64,000 bases of DNA from Marsupella aquatica. Lineage: Eukaryota > Plantae > Marchantiophyta. Positions 21,701 through 34,400 of the stretch are shown one piece after another. The stretch spans positions 13,222,359 to 13,286,358 of the forward strand of contig OZ316893.1 in assembly GCA_973895155.1 (NCBI GenBank). The letters run 5' to 3'. Under the pieces are notes generated by a model. It was given only the letters and a program-made list of their open reading frames with translations. It was not told the DNA's origin and made no database searches. Positions within the stretch are counted from its first letter, which is position 1, and every line of letters begins with the position of its first letter. The translations under genes were made by a program, and so were the position numbers.

Positions 21701-22455
21701 TCCCTGCTTCGATTACAGTTTTTGTTTCTACAGCTATCTGATCCGATCTCATCGGATCTTATGACATCGCCCTTTCTCTTCGCCTTCAGATTCGCCTTAA
21801 GCGGCATTTTCCTCTGCATCAGAAACTCATCGTACTGTGCAACATGTTCGGCACCACTCTTCCCCCTGTGTCGCCGACATTATCGCAGCAGAACGTACAG
21901 AATATGAGTCTACCTAGCCATCCAATCATGGCATAAATTTATGTTCGAAGCACTGCAATTGATGGCGAACGAAGCATTATCAGCCAGCCAACGAACCGCA
22001 ATTTTACGTACTCCTTCTCTTCGGGACCAGCTCACTCGAAATCACCGTAGTCGCGCGTGCACGCATGCACACGGGGAAGAGTCGCGGCAGAGAACCGAGG
22101 GCGAACCTCATCTGGAGCTCTACACTTTAAAAAGTAAACTAAACTTCAATTAAAACTTGAAGAGCCGCCGAAGTGGACCAAAAATCGTTCCGTGGGTGTT
22201 GACGATCCTCACTGTTGTGCTGACAGAAAATTTGTGAAGCGTGTAACTATACGAAAACTGCGTCTCAGTTTTCAATGAATGAATGACCGATCACGAACCA
22301 AACTACTGTAACTAAACTAGATTCGATCATTGTCGACCTGCCTCGATCAACGTGGCCGTCCGATTAACTATACAAAGCCCAAGGGGGTGTTAAGAGGTGA
22401 CTTTACATGTGTTTGTTTAGTTCCGGAGATATAAAATGTGAAGCTTGCCTTCTCT

Positions 22456-23829
22456 CTACGTCAAACGAGTGAAACCGGCATTCCCTCGCAAAAACTTAGG
22501 CGTATCCGGTTGCGAAGGAATCGTTTTCTTCACGTGGAAACTCTCCAAATCCGGGTGGTGGTATCCATAGGCCTGAAGAACCTGGTTATCTGCGAAGTTG
22601 AAAGCCCGTTCCATTTGCCTTGTGCACCTCTCTACGGAGTAATCCCCAGAGCTGCCATGGCAGGGTTTGCATCCCACAAAATGAGTCACGAACGGCCATC
22701 GCTCATCTCCCACTCCCGGGTGGTGCTCCTCCATCATCTTCTCAAAATTCTCCACGAGGATGACCCAGTAGCCGTGCAGGTAGAAGGAGCTCTCCAGGAA
22801 AGTCTTCTCGGCCCACTTCTCCTTCTGAGTGATCAAAAGGTAGATCAGAGCAGACTGATCATCCGCTTCGAAATCGGGCCTTCCAGCCAGTTTCTTCGTC
22901 AGCAGCTTGCCTCCTTCCGTCCTGGGCTTGCCTATTGGGCCATAAGGAGCCCAGGAGTCGAGGATATCGAGCGACCACTGGCAGTTCCGGATGAGAAAGC
23001 TTCCGGTGTTGAGCCCAATCCAGCTCTTCTGTTTGTACAGCATGTCGTTCCACCCGTGCAAGACCAGGTTGTAGTCATCGTACTTGTCCATGGGTAGCTC
23101 GAACTCCATATCTGTGAAGAAGGCGTCGCTATCCATCCACCATATCCACTCGATGTCAGGATGGGCGAGCATGAGCTTCCGGATGAGCGGGAGCTTCGCC
23201 CAAAAGCCGGACATTTCCTTGTCCAGGTGGGCCATGTTGTAGAAAACCTCAATGTCATGAAGCCGGCAATAGTCAACCTTGTTCTTGAGGTTCTTCAGCA
23301 TCAAGTAATCTCCGTTCGGATTGTCGCAAGGCTTGGGTTGGGACCCGGACACTAGCAAAATCCGGGGTTTCCCACTGTCGGTCAAATTTCCGCGTCTCCC
23401 GTTCTTAAGGATAAGTTCCGTTCTTTGCTCATCCCAATCCTTCACTGCTTCTCCCAGTATATGGTGTTCAGTGCTCGGATCGAAGAACCTCACAGGATCG
23501 AAATTCCTGTCATATATTCCGGTTACCTTCTCGGCCTTGAGAGTCCTGTCGTGGGCCCCTAGTTTTGACATCTTGAATTCCATCATTGTCCTTTGTCCCC
23601 CGGGAAGGTGATTCCTAATTTCCCTAAAATCCTGCGCCGGGGTGCCGAATTTGCCTGCACCGATGGTACCTCTCAGCACCAGAATGGTCACAAACAAACA
23701 GATTAACGTGACTTGAAAATTGTAGAACATCCTCTGTATCTTCCGAACTCTTGGCCCGGTCAGAATTCTAACGGGACTCCACGCAGCAGCTTTCATCGTC
23801 GGTAACGACCTGCTCAAGACTTCCCTCAT
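22456..23829 (-). CDS. XXT: GT34 glycosyltransferase, xyloglucan 6-xylosyltransferase (XXT)-like, 457 aa, intronless CDS
   Basis: Single ORF with an N-terminal TM anchor (VTLICLFVTILVLRGTIGAGKFGTP) and the motifs KNKVDYCRLH, GFWAKLP, WMDSDA (DxD), GLNTGSFLIRNCQWS, ADDQSALIYLL and WPFVTHFVGCKPC, all characteristic of XXT1/2/5-type GT34. Confidence 0.95.
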   Translation of the reverse strand: MREVLSRSLPTMKAAAWSPVRILTGPRVRKIQRMFYNFQVTLICLFVTILVLRGTIGAGKFGTPAQDFREIRNHLPGGQRTMMEFKMSKLGAHDRTLKAEKVTGIYDRNFDPVRFFDPSTEHHILGEAVKDWDEQRTELILKNGRRGNLTDSGKPRILLVSGSQPKPCDNPNGDYLMLKNLKNKVDYCRLHDIEVFYNMAHLDKEMSGFWAKLPLIRKLMLAHPDIEWIWWMDSDAFFTDMEFELPMDKYDDYNLVLHGWNDMLYKQKSWIGLNTGSFLIRNCQWSLDILDSWAPYGPIGKPRTEGGKLLTKKLAGRPDFEADDQSALIYLLITQKEKWAEKTFLESSFYLHGYWVILVENFEKMMEEHHPGVGDERWPFVTHFVGCKPCHGSSGDYSVERCTRQMERAFNFADNQVLQAYGYHHPDLESFHVKKTIPSQPDTPKFLRGNAGFTRLT

Positions 23830-25084
23830 GTCCTCAGAGATCGATCTCCGCTACAAATCGACGAGTAATCGGAAACCCTTCCCACGGAATTTGACCTGCT
23901 CGCGCGTGTTAGGTAACCAGTCAGATCGATTCGAATTCCCAGAATTCAGCGCTAAAGAGAGACGGTCTCGATTCAGCAACAAATCTCGTGCAGCGTCTTA
24001 AAATATGAAATGTGTTTGACGACACTTGATCCTTTAGGACCAAGCATAATACTGTACATGTAATCTGGGCCGGAGTTCGGCAGCAAGCTGTACACTTGGA
24101 CGTCACACACAATGGTTCTTTGATGACTTAACCTACAATTGGGTTGACTTGGTAGGACATCCTCCTTCAGCAACTTTTAAGCCACTCTGGCCACAGAATC
24201 AATCCAGCAGGCCCTCGTCGACATTAACGACGCGGTAATGTGAAGAAACCTCAACCAAAGACTTCAGCAGCAGCAGCGGGAGTAGGAGGAAACCTGAGCA
24301 AAGACAGCTTAACTGGTACCCTCAATGCTCCACCACTAAAACACTGCGGTTCTCTTCCTAGCCTCGTGTGAATGGAATAAAATACCGTCATAGGTCGTTC
24401 GTTAGACCGACGATAGTCCCATTAACGGAAAAAGAGTATAGACAGCGCTCGAGAACGGTGAAGCGAACTCAGGCACGCACGCAGAGGAAGACAGAGAGAG
24501 ACAGAGACAGAGGTCGTTGTTCTCTGGTCAATTGCTGCGGACATCAAAAGGTAGTTTGCCACCTCGAGAGGAGAAATAGAAGTCAAGACAGTTGGGTCTC
24601 ACACCTACTGATGAATAATGAAGTCAATGGACTTCCTCCTCGCTGTACTACGTGCCCGCTATTTACTACCTGGAGAGAATGAATGTTCAGACCGCAGATT
24701 GCCTGAAGTTAATGAGCTCCCTCAATATTCGACGAGCCAAAAGCCGTGATGCAGAACGCCAAGCCCAGAATCAGAAGCACAGTAATAAAAACTACAGGAA
24801 ACCGAAATGCGCGAGTGAATAAAGCAGCGAGAGCGCAGCAAACCTCCCCAAATTCTCTCAATCACTCACCTGTCACTACTACCACTTCCCAGGCAGTAAG
24901 TGCTAGAATTAGACTGCTACTGTGCTAGCACCTCGGGGATGCGACCCAGAGAGGAAAAAGCCAAAGCCGGCGGCCTGCTCGCACGCACGCACGCACTAAC
25001 GCACGCTGGCTCGTCGCCATGCACAGTGGAGAGGAGTAAATTTGGGCTATGGATGCAGAGCCGCAAACTACGCGCTTTCTTTTC

Positions 25085-25150
25085 TTTTCTCTCCTCCTCC
25101 TCCTCCTCCTCCTTCTTCTTCTTCTTCTTATCCTTCTTCTTCTCTTCTTA
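25085..25150. repeat. (CTC)n/(CTT)n microsatellite in the putative XXT 5' leader/promoter
   Basis: Directly visible run of ctc and ttc triplets. Confidence 0.8.
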
Positions 25151-26389
25151 TTACTGATTCTCGTTTCATCTACAGGAGCAGAAGCTCTCCATGAGTACTG
25201 TAGGTTCCTCCAATTCTGCCGGCGAGTGTTTTTTTAACCGTCACCGAATCACACACAGCACTGCTCTCGTCCCTCCCCCTCTCCCGGATCACGGACTCAC
25301 TCGTTCTCTCGCTTCGCTTCGCTCTCACTTGCGCGCAATCCCGCCAGCCTCACGCGCTTGCGGCAGTGTGGGATTTCCGACCCACGCCGCGGCAGCTCCC
25401 TCGATCGAAGGCCCTCTTCTCGTCTCGTCACGTCCAGTGATGGCGGGCGATGATCCCTCCGCCTCCCCCTTCCTATTAATTATTCTTTCGATTCCTATTC
25501 TGTTCCTGTTCTCCTTCCAGAATCCAGACACAAGACCAAGACCACTGCTCCACTACTAGACTAGACTAGTGTAGACTCAAATTCCTCTCAAGGCTTTTCT
25601 TCTCTGTTTTCGCGTTTCTTTCTACGACTTCGTTCCCTTCTTGGACCCACGACCTGACCGGATCTGACAACATGACCGGACCTGACCGCGCTGGCGGGCT
25701 GCCCGGGGGGACCGGGCAGGGAGGGCAGGGGCATCCGAGGGCAGCGCAGGGAGTTGCCCGGACAGGGACTGCATGCACGGGCAGGGCATCCGAGGGGACG
25801 GCACGGGCCCGGGCTTGGCATGTGCATAATTTCTTTTAAGGTTTTTTTGGGGGTGGCGAAATTCGTCAAATTCCACCTGGGTGAAAAGGAAGGTGAAATT
25901 CGGATGGACAACACCTTGGACACAAATGCTAGTATGTATCACATTTTGGTGGTCCATGTGAATTTTGTGCCTAATTTCATGATTACGAATTTTAAAATAA
26001 CTATTAGTTAGTTTTTCTTAGGCAAGGCAGCTAGTGAAGGAGGAAACTTTTAAAAAGACAAGCTCTAACATTTCATATGAACACAATAAAATTCAATCTA
26101 ATAGGATTTACCCTTCAACATTCACTGGTGAATAATTCAACCAAAATGGCCTTCATTGTCACTTTGATGGAAGTGAGCTTACCCACTCTTCTAGTAGAGA
26201 TTCAAAACTAAACATATTTAAATTTATGAACATCAAATTATTACAATCATACTCAAATTTTGGGACATGTAGTCCATGGGGTTCCAAAAGACTAACTCTG
26301 TGGTCCATGGGAGCCATAATCATTATGATATTAGGTGGCCAAAGTTGCCAAATTCCCGCTCACTATAAAGACTATGTCACTTTTAGCAA

Positions 26390-26628
26390 AACTTTGTAGT
26401 TCTTTTTCTCTTCGATGACCCATTTTTCTCACTTGGCCATAGATTCCACTCGCCAGCATCAGACGGTTGCCCTGCATGAACAGGGCATCTTAGGAAAGGG
26501 CACGCAACTTTGTAGGTCTTTTTCTCTTTGATGACCCATTTTTCTCACTTGGCCATAGATCCCACTTGCCAGCATCAGACGGTTGCCCTGCATGAACAGG
26601 GCAAGGCATCTTAGGAAAGGGCACGCAA
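26390..26628. repeat. 116-bp near-perfect tandem duplication
   Basis: aactttgtag.tctttttctctt.gatgacccatttttctcacttggccatagat...gggcacgc starts at 26390 and again at 26506. Confidence 0.85.
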
Positions 26629-26660
26629 GCGGGCATGAGAGAGAGAGAAAGTGTTTTTGG

Positions 26661-29544
26661 CAAAGTGATGCTCCCATGGACAGTAGACAAAAACCATACA
26701 ATTGGGAATTTGGGATGGACTAATTGAGAATATTCTCTGTCACATTGTGAGTACATTGAGGTCCATCTGAGTTGCAAAAATTCATTGGAGCATTTTGACA
26801 AACCTAGAGATCTATACGGGCTTCATTTTTGGTTTTTTTTTTTTTCGGTGAAATCCTTGAATTTTTATGTCACTGAAATCAGTTTTCCCCGTCTTGCACA
26901 AAATTTGATTAGCCAGTTTTCTAACCTGGCCATTGACCTCCAAAATTGGACTGTTGTCGGTATGGAGAGTGCATGGGCAGAGCATCTGAGGGGGAGGCAC
27001 AGGCATGGCATGTACGTGCATGGTTTTCTTTAGTGCTAGAAATTCATCAAACTTTCACCTTGCTGAAAGTGTTTGTCACTTTTGGCCAAGATTTGCCAGA
27101 CTTGGTCCTTTAGATTAGGCAGTTTTCTCATCCAGCCTTAGACCCTTTTAGCCAGAATTTGTCGGTTTCCCTGGGGATGGCACATGCCTGAGCATGTGCA
27201 TAGTTGTTTTACTTAGAGGTGGAAATTCACCAAATTCCACCTCAACTTTGCCACTTATTGTGAAATTTTGTCAGGCCTCTTTTTCTCATTGATTGTGAAG
27301 TTTTCTCACCTGGCATTAATCTGAGTTATGGGACTGGCCTTGAGGCCTGCTATTAAATTCCAAGAAGCCCTGGCGACAGATAATCTACCAAAGCTTTGAG
27401 AGAGGTAGAATCCAGCTACATTCCACCAAAAAACAAAGAAAAATGTAAGTGTGATAGAAGACAACCTCCATACTATTTTCCAAAATGAGTTGTGCAACAG
27501 TCCTGACCTGTGTACACACCTCACTGCTTGTAATGGAACATGGAAAACCACAACACAAAAGTGCGCAAAACAATTATGTAAGCTAGGGACTGAAAACTAT
27601 GCAGATTCGTTGCGTACAAATCTTTACCATTAATCTATTTAGTTAAAACAGTTTTTATGAGGACCAATCAAGGAAAGGTTTCGTGAGAGGGGGGTCCATC
27701 ATTATCTTACTTATAAAGCACCAAAGGGAAGTTAGAGTGGGTCTAGGTTTCTAGAGTGAAGTCTTAGACCATGACTCTAAGGCATCACCAAAGAAGACAA
27801 AAGGTGCATGAACATAACGATATAATTATTATGTAGGACATGAATGATTAACTTTTAATCATTTATTTTATTAATATCTAAAATATGGGAATATGTAATA
27901 TATTTTGTTACATTTTATTATACTCTCCCCTATTCACTTTCAAAGAAAAGGGAGCCAGGACTAGTATATGATAATACCAAACAGGGAGACAAGGTCACAA
28001 AGACAAGACAATCCAATAAAAGAGAGTGGGAAGAGGGAAGAGAACAGGCCCCAAAAAAACCAAGGAGGTCCATCAAGCCAATGAGTCACACACAATAACA
28101 AAAAGCTAAGAACAAAAAGCTCTCCCTCCAAAAAGTTGCCCTCATGTATTATATTTTGTTCTCTTATCCTTATCACACATCAAAATGGAATAACATATCG
28201 TGTGCACTGATTGATTTAAAGAAAATAACAATATTTATTATGGTATGGAATATATATATTCGACCGTGTATGTCACACTTTGATATGCATTTACCGAGAC
28301 CATATTTTGTTGGTGCTGCCAAAGGATATTGTATTTCCGAGACCCTATTTTCTTTGGTGCTGCCAAAGGCTATTGTATTTCCGAGACCCTATTTTATTGG
28401 TGCTGCCAAGAGATGTTGTATTTTTGGGATTCTGTGCCCAACTCCCTAGTGTCCCCCAATAAGGATATTTATTTCACAGTTCCCCAAAACAAGTCCTCCC
28501 CTTGTCCCGGTTCCAAAAATTCCAAAATAAGGCTCCCGCTGCGTCCATCATCACCGTTCAGCCTACCCGGTACCTCTGTACCGGCCGCGCATGTCTTTCC
28601 AGTGACCCCGAAAGACTTTACTCCGCTGCTGTACCGGTCATCCAGTAAGTGCGACGTTGAGGCGTATCTGCCCCCCTGCCCCGCCTGGCGCCTGCCCATG
28701 TGCTGTCCGAATCCGGGCATCATCATAACTCACTCCCCTCCCTCTTCAATCTTCATCACACAAGTTTGTTTCATGCCCGCACTGAATGAGACAGCCCGTC
28801 CATCATGTCCGTCCCATGATCCACGTGGCCGGTATGGTGCCCGGTAACTACCCGCCCTCGCATGCCCTCCGGTCTCCCGGTCGCTGTTCCCTCCATACAA
28901 GAACAAGCGTACCTGACCCGCACCGAATCGGCCGTCGATCTGCTAATGGACGGTCCGATTCTTTTCTCCTCGCATGCTCTTATATGATGCTGCCGCGTTT
29001 CGGGAGGGGATCACTGTCAGCCCGGTACAGACCGGATTTCCGTCCAGGACGAATTGAAGAGGAGGGGCAATCCATCCAGCTGCCCAACGCCTTTCCATAG
29101 AGCGCGGGGAGGTACGGCGATACGGTACGGTTTTGACGACAACTTTATTATTTTTCCTACCTGCCCAGCGTCATTAGTACTGGTAACTCGCTGTCACTCG
29201 CCACATGGGTGATTTCTAAGGGTTTCTCTGTTTCGCCAGGGTGGCGAATGTGACCTTGTAAGAAAGGAGAAGATGCCGAGAATGTTCAGCATCGATTTTT
29301 CCTAGTTAAATTATTATGGCTAGATCTTAATTGTCAGATTCTTCATTAATTAATACTTGTCGCTCAAAATGTATAATAGTTAGTCCATCAGTAAAATTAA
29401 GCTCTTGTAGATCTCTAGGTTTGTCAAAAATGCTGCCATACATTTGTGCTCAGCTGAGATGGATCTGATTTTACTCGGAACATTCTGTATTAGTCCATCC
29501 TGATTGGATGGTTTCTGTCTACGGTCCATGGGAGTGTAATGTTT
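26661..29544. mobile_element. Degenerate DNA-transposon-like region delimited by ~150-bp inverted repeats
   Basis: 26661-26817 (ctcccatggacagtagacaaaaaccat...ggatggactaat...ttttgacaaacctagagatcta) matches the reverse complement of 29404-29544. Diverged ~200-bp direct repeats at 26870-27300 have relatives at ~25760-25890 and ~30080-30210. Confidence 0.5.
28290..28420. repeat. Three copies of a ~43-bp tandem repeat
   Basis: tttccgagaccctatttt.ttggtgctgccaaagg.tattgta occurs three times. Confidence 0.85.
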
Positions 29545-29565
29545 GGTCACTCAGAAATTAGCAAA

Positions 29566-29850
29566 TTATATATATATATATACGAGAAAAACTGAGGGAG
29601 ATATGGTCCCGAAACTGTCACGAAAAATCACCCTACCGAAAACAGAGGATAGACGTTCTACTTTGATATGTATGAGTGTAAGGTAGCCCACAAGGAGGGA
29701 TGATACCCAGGGATCCCACAAGCACCCATAGCAGGAAGGAGAAAAGGTTGGACCAGGACCACAAAGTGGCCGGCCAATGGCAAAGGATAAACCAGTGCTC
29801 CCACCCATACACCCACCCACACAAACACACACACACCCTCCACAATGTGT
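29566..29850 (-). mobile_element. SINE-like body plus tail, joined to an inverted fragment of the 186-bp repeat and ending in (TA)n
   Basis: The minus strand shares gtgtgggtggg.tgta.ggtgggag.act.g with the tRNA-headed SINE at 48170-48357. It ends ...CTCATACATATCAAA, then GTAGAACGTCTATCCTCTGTT, then a ~70-nt match to the 186-bp unit, then about 8 TA dinucleotides. Confidence 0.55.
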
Positions 29851-30913
29851 AATGCAATATTTTGTCTAGAATTTTGACCAATTCCAAAGGTGATCCAAAC
29901 GTACAGTTTCAAACTTTATCCCCCTCAAAAGAAGGGATTTGCATTAATTGAAGTTCATTTGAAAGAGACCTTTGCATAGAGTCTACGTCTAGACCAAGAA
30001 ATTGCACTCAAGCTTGCTTTGGTAAAAAAACAAAGGCACAAGTGCTCCTATGTTGTTTAAAGCCACTGTGAGGGAGTAGGGAAAAAATTACCCAATCCAG
30101 TTCATTGAAAAATATTGCACACTTTTGGCCAAAATTCTCCAGGATTTTGTCCCAGTAGCCAGTTTCCCACCAACTCACAGACCCCATTACCCAGAATCTG
30201 ATGGTTATCCCGCAAATCTAGGGATATCTAACCATTAAAAATTCATCTAGGAAAATTTGATAAGAATCATTCTCAGCATCGTCTCCTTCAATACCTGGAA
30301 AAAATTAATCCATGGACCCCATGTTATTTTAGAGGCAGTTATATATCTAGAAACTGAAGCCTAGATGGACCTCCAAATCTAAAGAAAAAAATTCAAAAAT
30401 GGACAAGTCAATGTTTGACACTTGAAACAGTTGCCAAACTTACCAAGGCAACCATAAACAACATCAATCACAAAACTAGCTGCAATGTGAACTACTCTTT
30501 AATGTGTGGGTAGGTTAATTGCCCATTTCAGCAAAACGATGCTTGACGGTTTCCTCCACGGTACTGCAGGGATGCTGGATGCACTCAAGTTGCATCGAAC
30601 GTAATCACTTTTCAATTCCTACACGTAGATAGACGAAGAGAGAGAAGTCATCGGTGTCATCAAATCATTAACTTCGCATAATTTTTTTAAGACAAAAAGT
30701 TTCATGGAAACAAATGTCCAATTGTGGAATTCGGAATCGATCAAAAGCTAGAGAAATTTAGAAACTCATGACCACTTTAGTACTTGATAAGATCTCCCAA
30801 TGTCACACTCATTGGAAAGCTAGAGAACATTGAAAACTTATAACTCTTCAAAACTCAACTAAAGTTATCAATGTTAAGTTCATTAAAAAGCTAAAGAAAA
30901 TTTTAAATTAACT

Positions 30914-31421
30914 CGACCCCAAGATCAGCCCAAACGGTTGAGTTTCGCCACAGTTCTCCTCGGATTTGATTTCGACTCTCTTCTTCAGTTTCGGTAGGGT
31001 GCTTTTTCGGGCCATTTTCGGGCCCATATCTCCCTCAGTTTTACTCGGAATCCGGATCTGTCAACTGATTCGGAAAGCTCTTCTCGAGGCGCTTCAAATC
31101 GACCCCAAGATCAGCCCAAACGGTTGAGTTTTGACACAGTTCTCCTCGGATTTGATTTCGACTTTCTTCTTCGGTTTCGGCATGGTGCTTTTTCGTGACA
31201 GTTTTGGGACCATATCTCCCTCAGTTTTACTCGGAATCCGGATCTGTCGACTGATTTGGAAAGCTCTTCTCGAGGCGCTTCAAATTGCTCCCAACATCAG
31301 CCCAAACGATCGAGTTTCACCATGGTTCTCTTTGGATTTGTTTTCGACTTTCTTCTTCGGTTTCGGCAGGGTGCTTTTTCGTGACAGTTTCGGGACCATA
31401 TCTCCCTCAGTTTTACTCGGA
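30914..31421 (+). repeat. 186-bp tandem repeat, ~2.7 copies, immediately 5' of the retrotransposon ORF
   Basis: Units start at 30914, 31100 and 31286 (cgaccccaagatcagcccaaacgg...catatctccctcagttttactcggaatccggatctgtc...gaggcgcttcaaat) and are highly similar. The third copy stops at ...ttttactcgga. Confidence 0.92.
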
Positions 31422-34400
31422 TATTCAGCAGATAGATATTCACTTGCGTCGACTCCCCAACAGACACATCGACGAGTGCTTCAACTTTGCTCCTTATTGT
31501 GCGTGCACCTACTCAACGGTTTCCTAGGCTGGCAGTTGGTGCCGTTTCTCGACCTGATGTGGTGGGCTCTCTCCATCGCCTCCCCTTTCTTTTCACATGC
31601 CTTGGTTGGGCCTTTTGTCGCTTCTTGATCGTTCATCATGTCTGCGTTGAGAGTGTTGGCGCGGGGCAAGCGCCCAGCCCCACCACCCACTTCTCCCCCG
31701 TCCTCCCCCCCCCCCCTCGTGGTCGTCTTCGTGTTTGCTCTTCTTCACTGAATCTCTCTCATCTTCGTGATGACCCCATGCCCGATGCTTTGCCAGTCCC
31801 CCCAGTCTACTGCCCACCCCATCGTCGCCCTGGCTCCTCTCCCCACCCCATTCCCCCTCCACCCATTTACCATCCTCCTCCGGCCTCCTCGTCCACATCT
31901 GTTCCACCCCCACCTCCTGTCCAGTCTTTCCCTGCTCCCTCCCCGGACGAGCGTCCCCTTCATACTTGTCATGACTGTGGATGGGTGGGCATCTCCCTCC
32001 CTCATCATCGCGGGCGGGGGCGGTGCCATCGTCGCCAGCAAGCACAATCCCAGCCCCAGCCCCCTATTGACCCTGTTAGCTCTGCCCCTCCCTCCTTGGA
32101 GGCTCCCGAGCAGGCATGGAGTTGGGTTCGCACTCTAGACCCCCTTCCAGCCTATCATCCAGGGTACATTAGACTTCGCCTTTCTAACCACATTCCTCTG
32201 GCGTTTCGCCCTTTAGTTCGGTCCTCCTTGTTGCAGCTCATGCAGCTTATCTTGGCGCATCCTATGGAGGTCTCCTACTGGTCTTTACTGATGCTTTTTC
32301 CACAGTGGACTCTTACCCTCCATAGTCATGGTGGTCGTGTGGGTCACCGTGAGACTGCTTCTCGTATCCATCGTTTTTTGCGGGGAGATTGGGCGCAGCT
32401 TCAGGAAGAGTACTTTCTTTGCGCCCGGTCTTTTACCGCCCGTGCTTTGTCTGACCCAGCTCGCCACTCTCATCCTCCTGAGCATAGACGTCTTTGTCGC
32501 TCTTGTCGTTTAGCCCAGGCTGGTGAATATCGTCGGGCTGTCCAGGCCCTTTCTCCCACCACACCAGCCCCCCCTGGCGAGGCCACCTCGACGGCCCTTC
32601 AGGATCTCCATCCGCAGCCCCATGATCAGCTCCCTTTGTTTGTAGAGGATTTTGAGCCTGAGGAGGATCTTCAGTTTAGTAGGGACCACTTCACCTATGC
32701 CTTCCTCCATGCCCCTCGTTGCGCTGCTGGTGGCCCCTCCGGCTATGTCTTTGAGCATTTTCATGATTTATTCCCCCCTGAGGATCCTCAGTCTGGTTTT
32801 CCAGTTTTCTTCTCCTTTTGCCAGTGTATTGCAGTCGGTCGTTTGCCTCCTCCCGTCTCTCGGCTCTTGAGTGCTTCTCGTTTATTGGCCTTGGCTAAGT
32901 CTTCACCGGGTGTTCGGCCAATTGCTATTGGGGAGGTTTTTCTTCGTCTGGTGTCTCGCACACTTTCCTCACAGTTTCGCTCTGCACTATCGGATCATCT
33001 CTCTCCACATCAGTTTGCAGTGGGCGTTCTTGGCGGTTGTGAGACAGTTATTGCGGGTATTCGAGCTACCTTGGACCTCCACCCTGATTGGGTTGTCCTC
33101 CAGGTTGATGTCTCTAACGCTTTTAATACGGTTTCTCGGGCAGCCATTTTTTGTGCTTTGAGGGCAGCGGATCCAGACATCCAGTCCCTGATCCCCTTTG
33201 TCCGTTGTTTTTATGGACTCGAGGCCCCACTCTTCTATAGTCATCACTCCTCTACCGGAGTGTATACCACTCTTTCTTCTACAGAAGGTACACGTCAGGG
33301 TGACCCTTTGGGTGGGCCTCTTTTTGCCATTGCCCATTTTACAGCTTTACGGGAAGCCGCCATGGCCCACCCCCAGTGTATCTTTCCCTCCCTTTCAGAT
33401 GACACCCACATCATTGGTCCTCCTACCGCGGTTACTTCTGCCCTCGCCACTCTTTCCACCCATTTGCTGGGCCTCGGTTTACGGGTTCAGCCTGTGAAGA
33501 GTCGTGCATGGAGTCCAGCTGGGTTACCCTCTGATCTTGCGCTTCCTCCAGGGTTCTTACGTCCAGCCGATGGTCTTCGGGTCCTTGGCTCTCCAGTCGG
33601 TACCGCCTCCTTTTGCTCATCTTTCATCGTTGACGCTCTACAGGCCGCCTTAGCCCCTACTCCTATGCTCCCTAAGTTAGCAGATTCTCAGGTAGCATTT
33701 GGGATGTTGTTGAGGTGCATCCACCCTCGTGCGTCTTATCTGGCTCGGACGCATCCCCCTACCGAGGATCTTTGTCTCCACCTTCGATCATTTGATGTCT
33801 CCATTCGTGAGACTCTGGCCTCTCTTTTAGGGCCGGGTACGTTGCTCTCATCTCCGTGGCTTCATCGACAACTCGGTCTTCCTATTTCGCAGGGTGGTTT
33901 TGGTCTTACTTCCATTGCGAGCCTTGCACCTTTGGCCTTTTTGGGTGCGTGGGCGGCCGCCTTCTCATTGTTGGCCGATTGTTTCCTTAATGAGGATCGC
34001 CCTTTTTTACTTTCATCTCTCATGGAGGTAGAGGAGGGTTCCCTCCCGTTTCAGGTTCATTTGCGCGCGGCGCGGTCATCATTACCAGATCCCGTTCGCG
34101 TTGCGTTACTTTCTTTTCAGGAGTTTTTATCCTTGGATCCCGTCCGTCTTCAGGCAGACCTCGCTGGGCGTATGCACGCTTTCACCCTTTCCAGCATCCT
34201 CTCCGAGGCACCTGACACAGACCGAGCTCGGATTCTTTCTTCCGGAGGGAAGGGCGCAGGAGGATGGCTTCAGGTCAATCCAGTCATTCCTCATTTGCGG
34301 ATGTCTTCAGCGGAGTTCTCCACAGCCATGCGTCTTCGTATGGGGCTGCCCCACCCACTTCTTGCAGGTTTACCTCCTTCTTGCCCTTGTGGGAAGCCTT

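Noticed and set aside
22438-23097. 219-aa plus-strand ORF
   Set aside because: Antisense shadow of the XXT CDS, with no recognisable motifs.
28290-28420. Short direct repeats resembling a CRISPR array (also 53507-53870 and 60843-61020)
   Set aside because: Units are contiguous without unique spacers, there are no cas genes, and the context is eukaryotic.
31131-31628. 165-aa hydrophobic ORF as a possible ORF1 of the retroelement
   Set aside because: It arises from the 186-bp (62-codon) repeat, starts at TTG, and the same frame contains a stop in the earlier repeat units.
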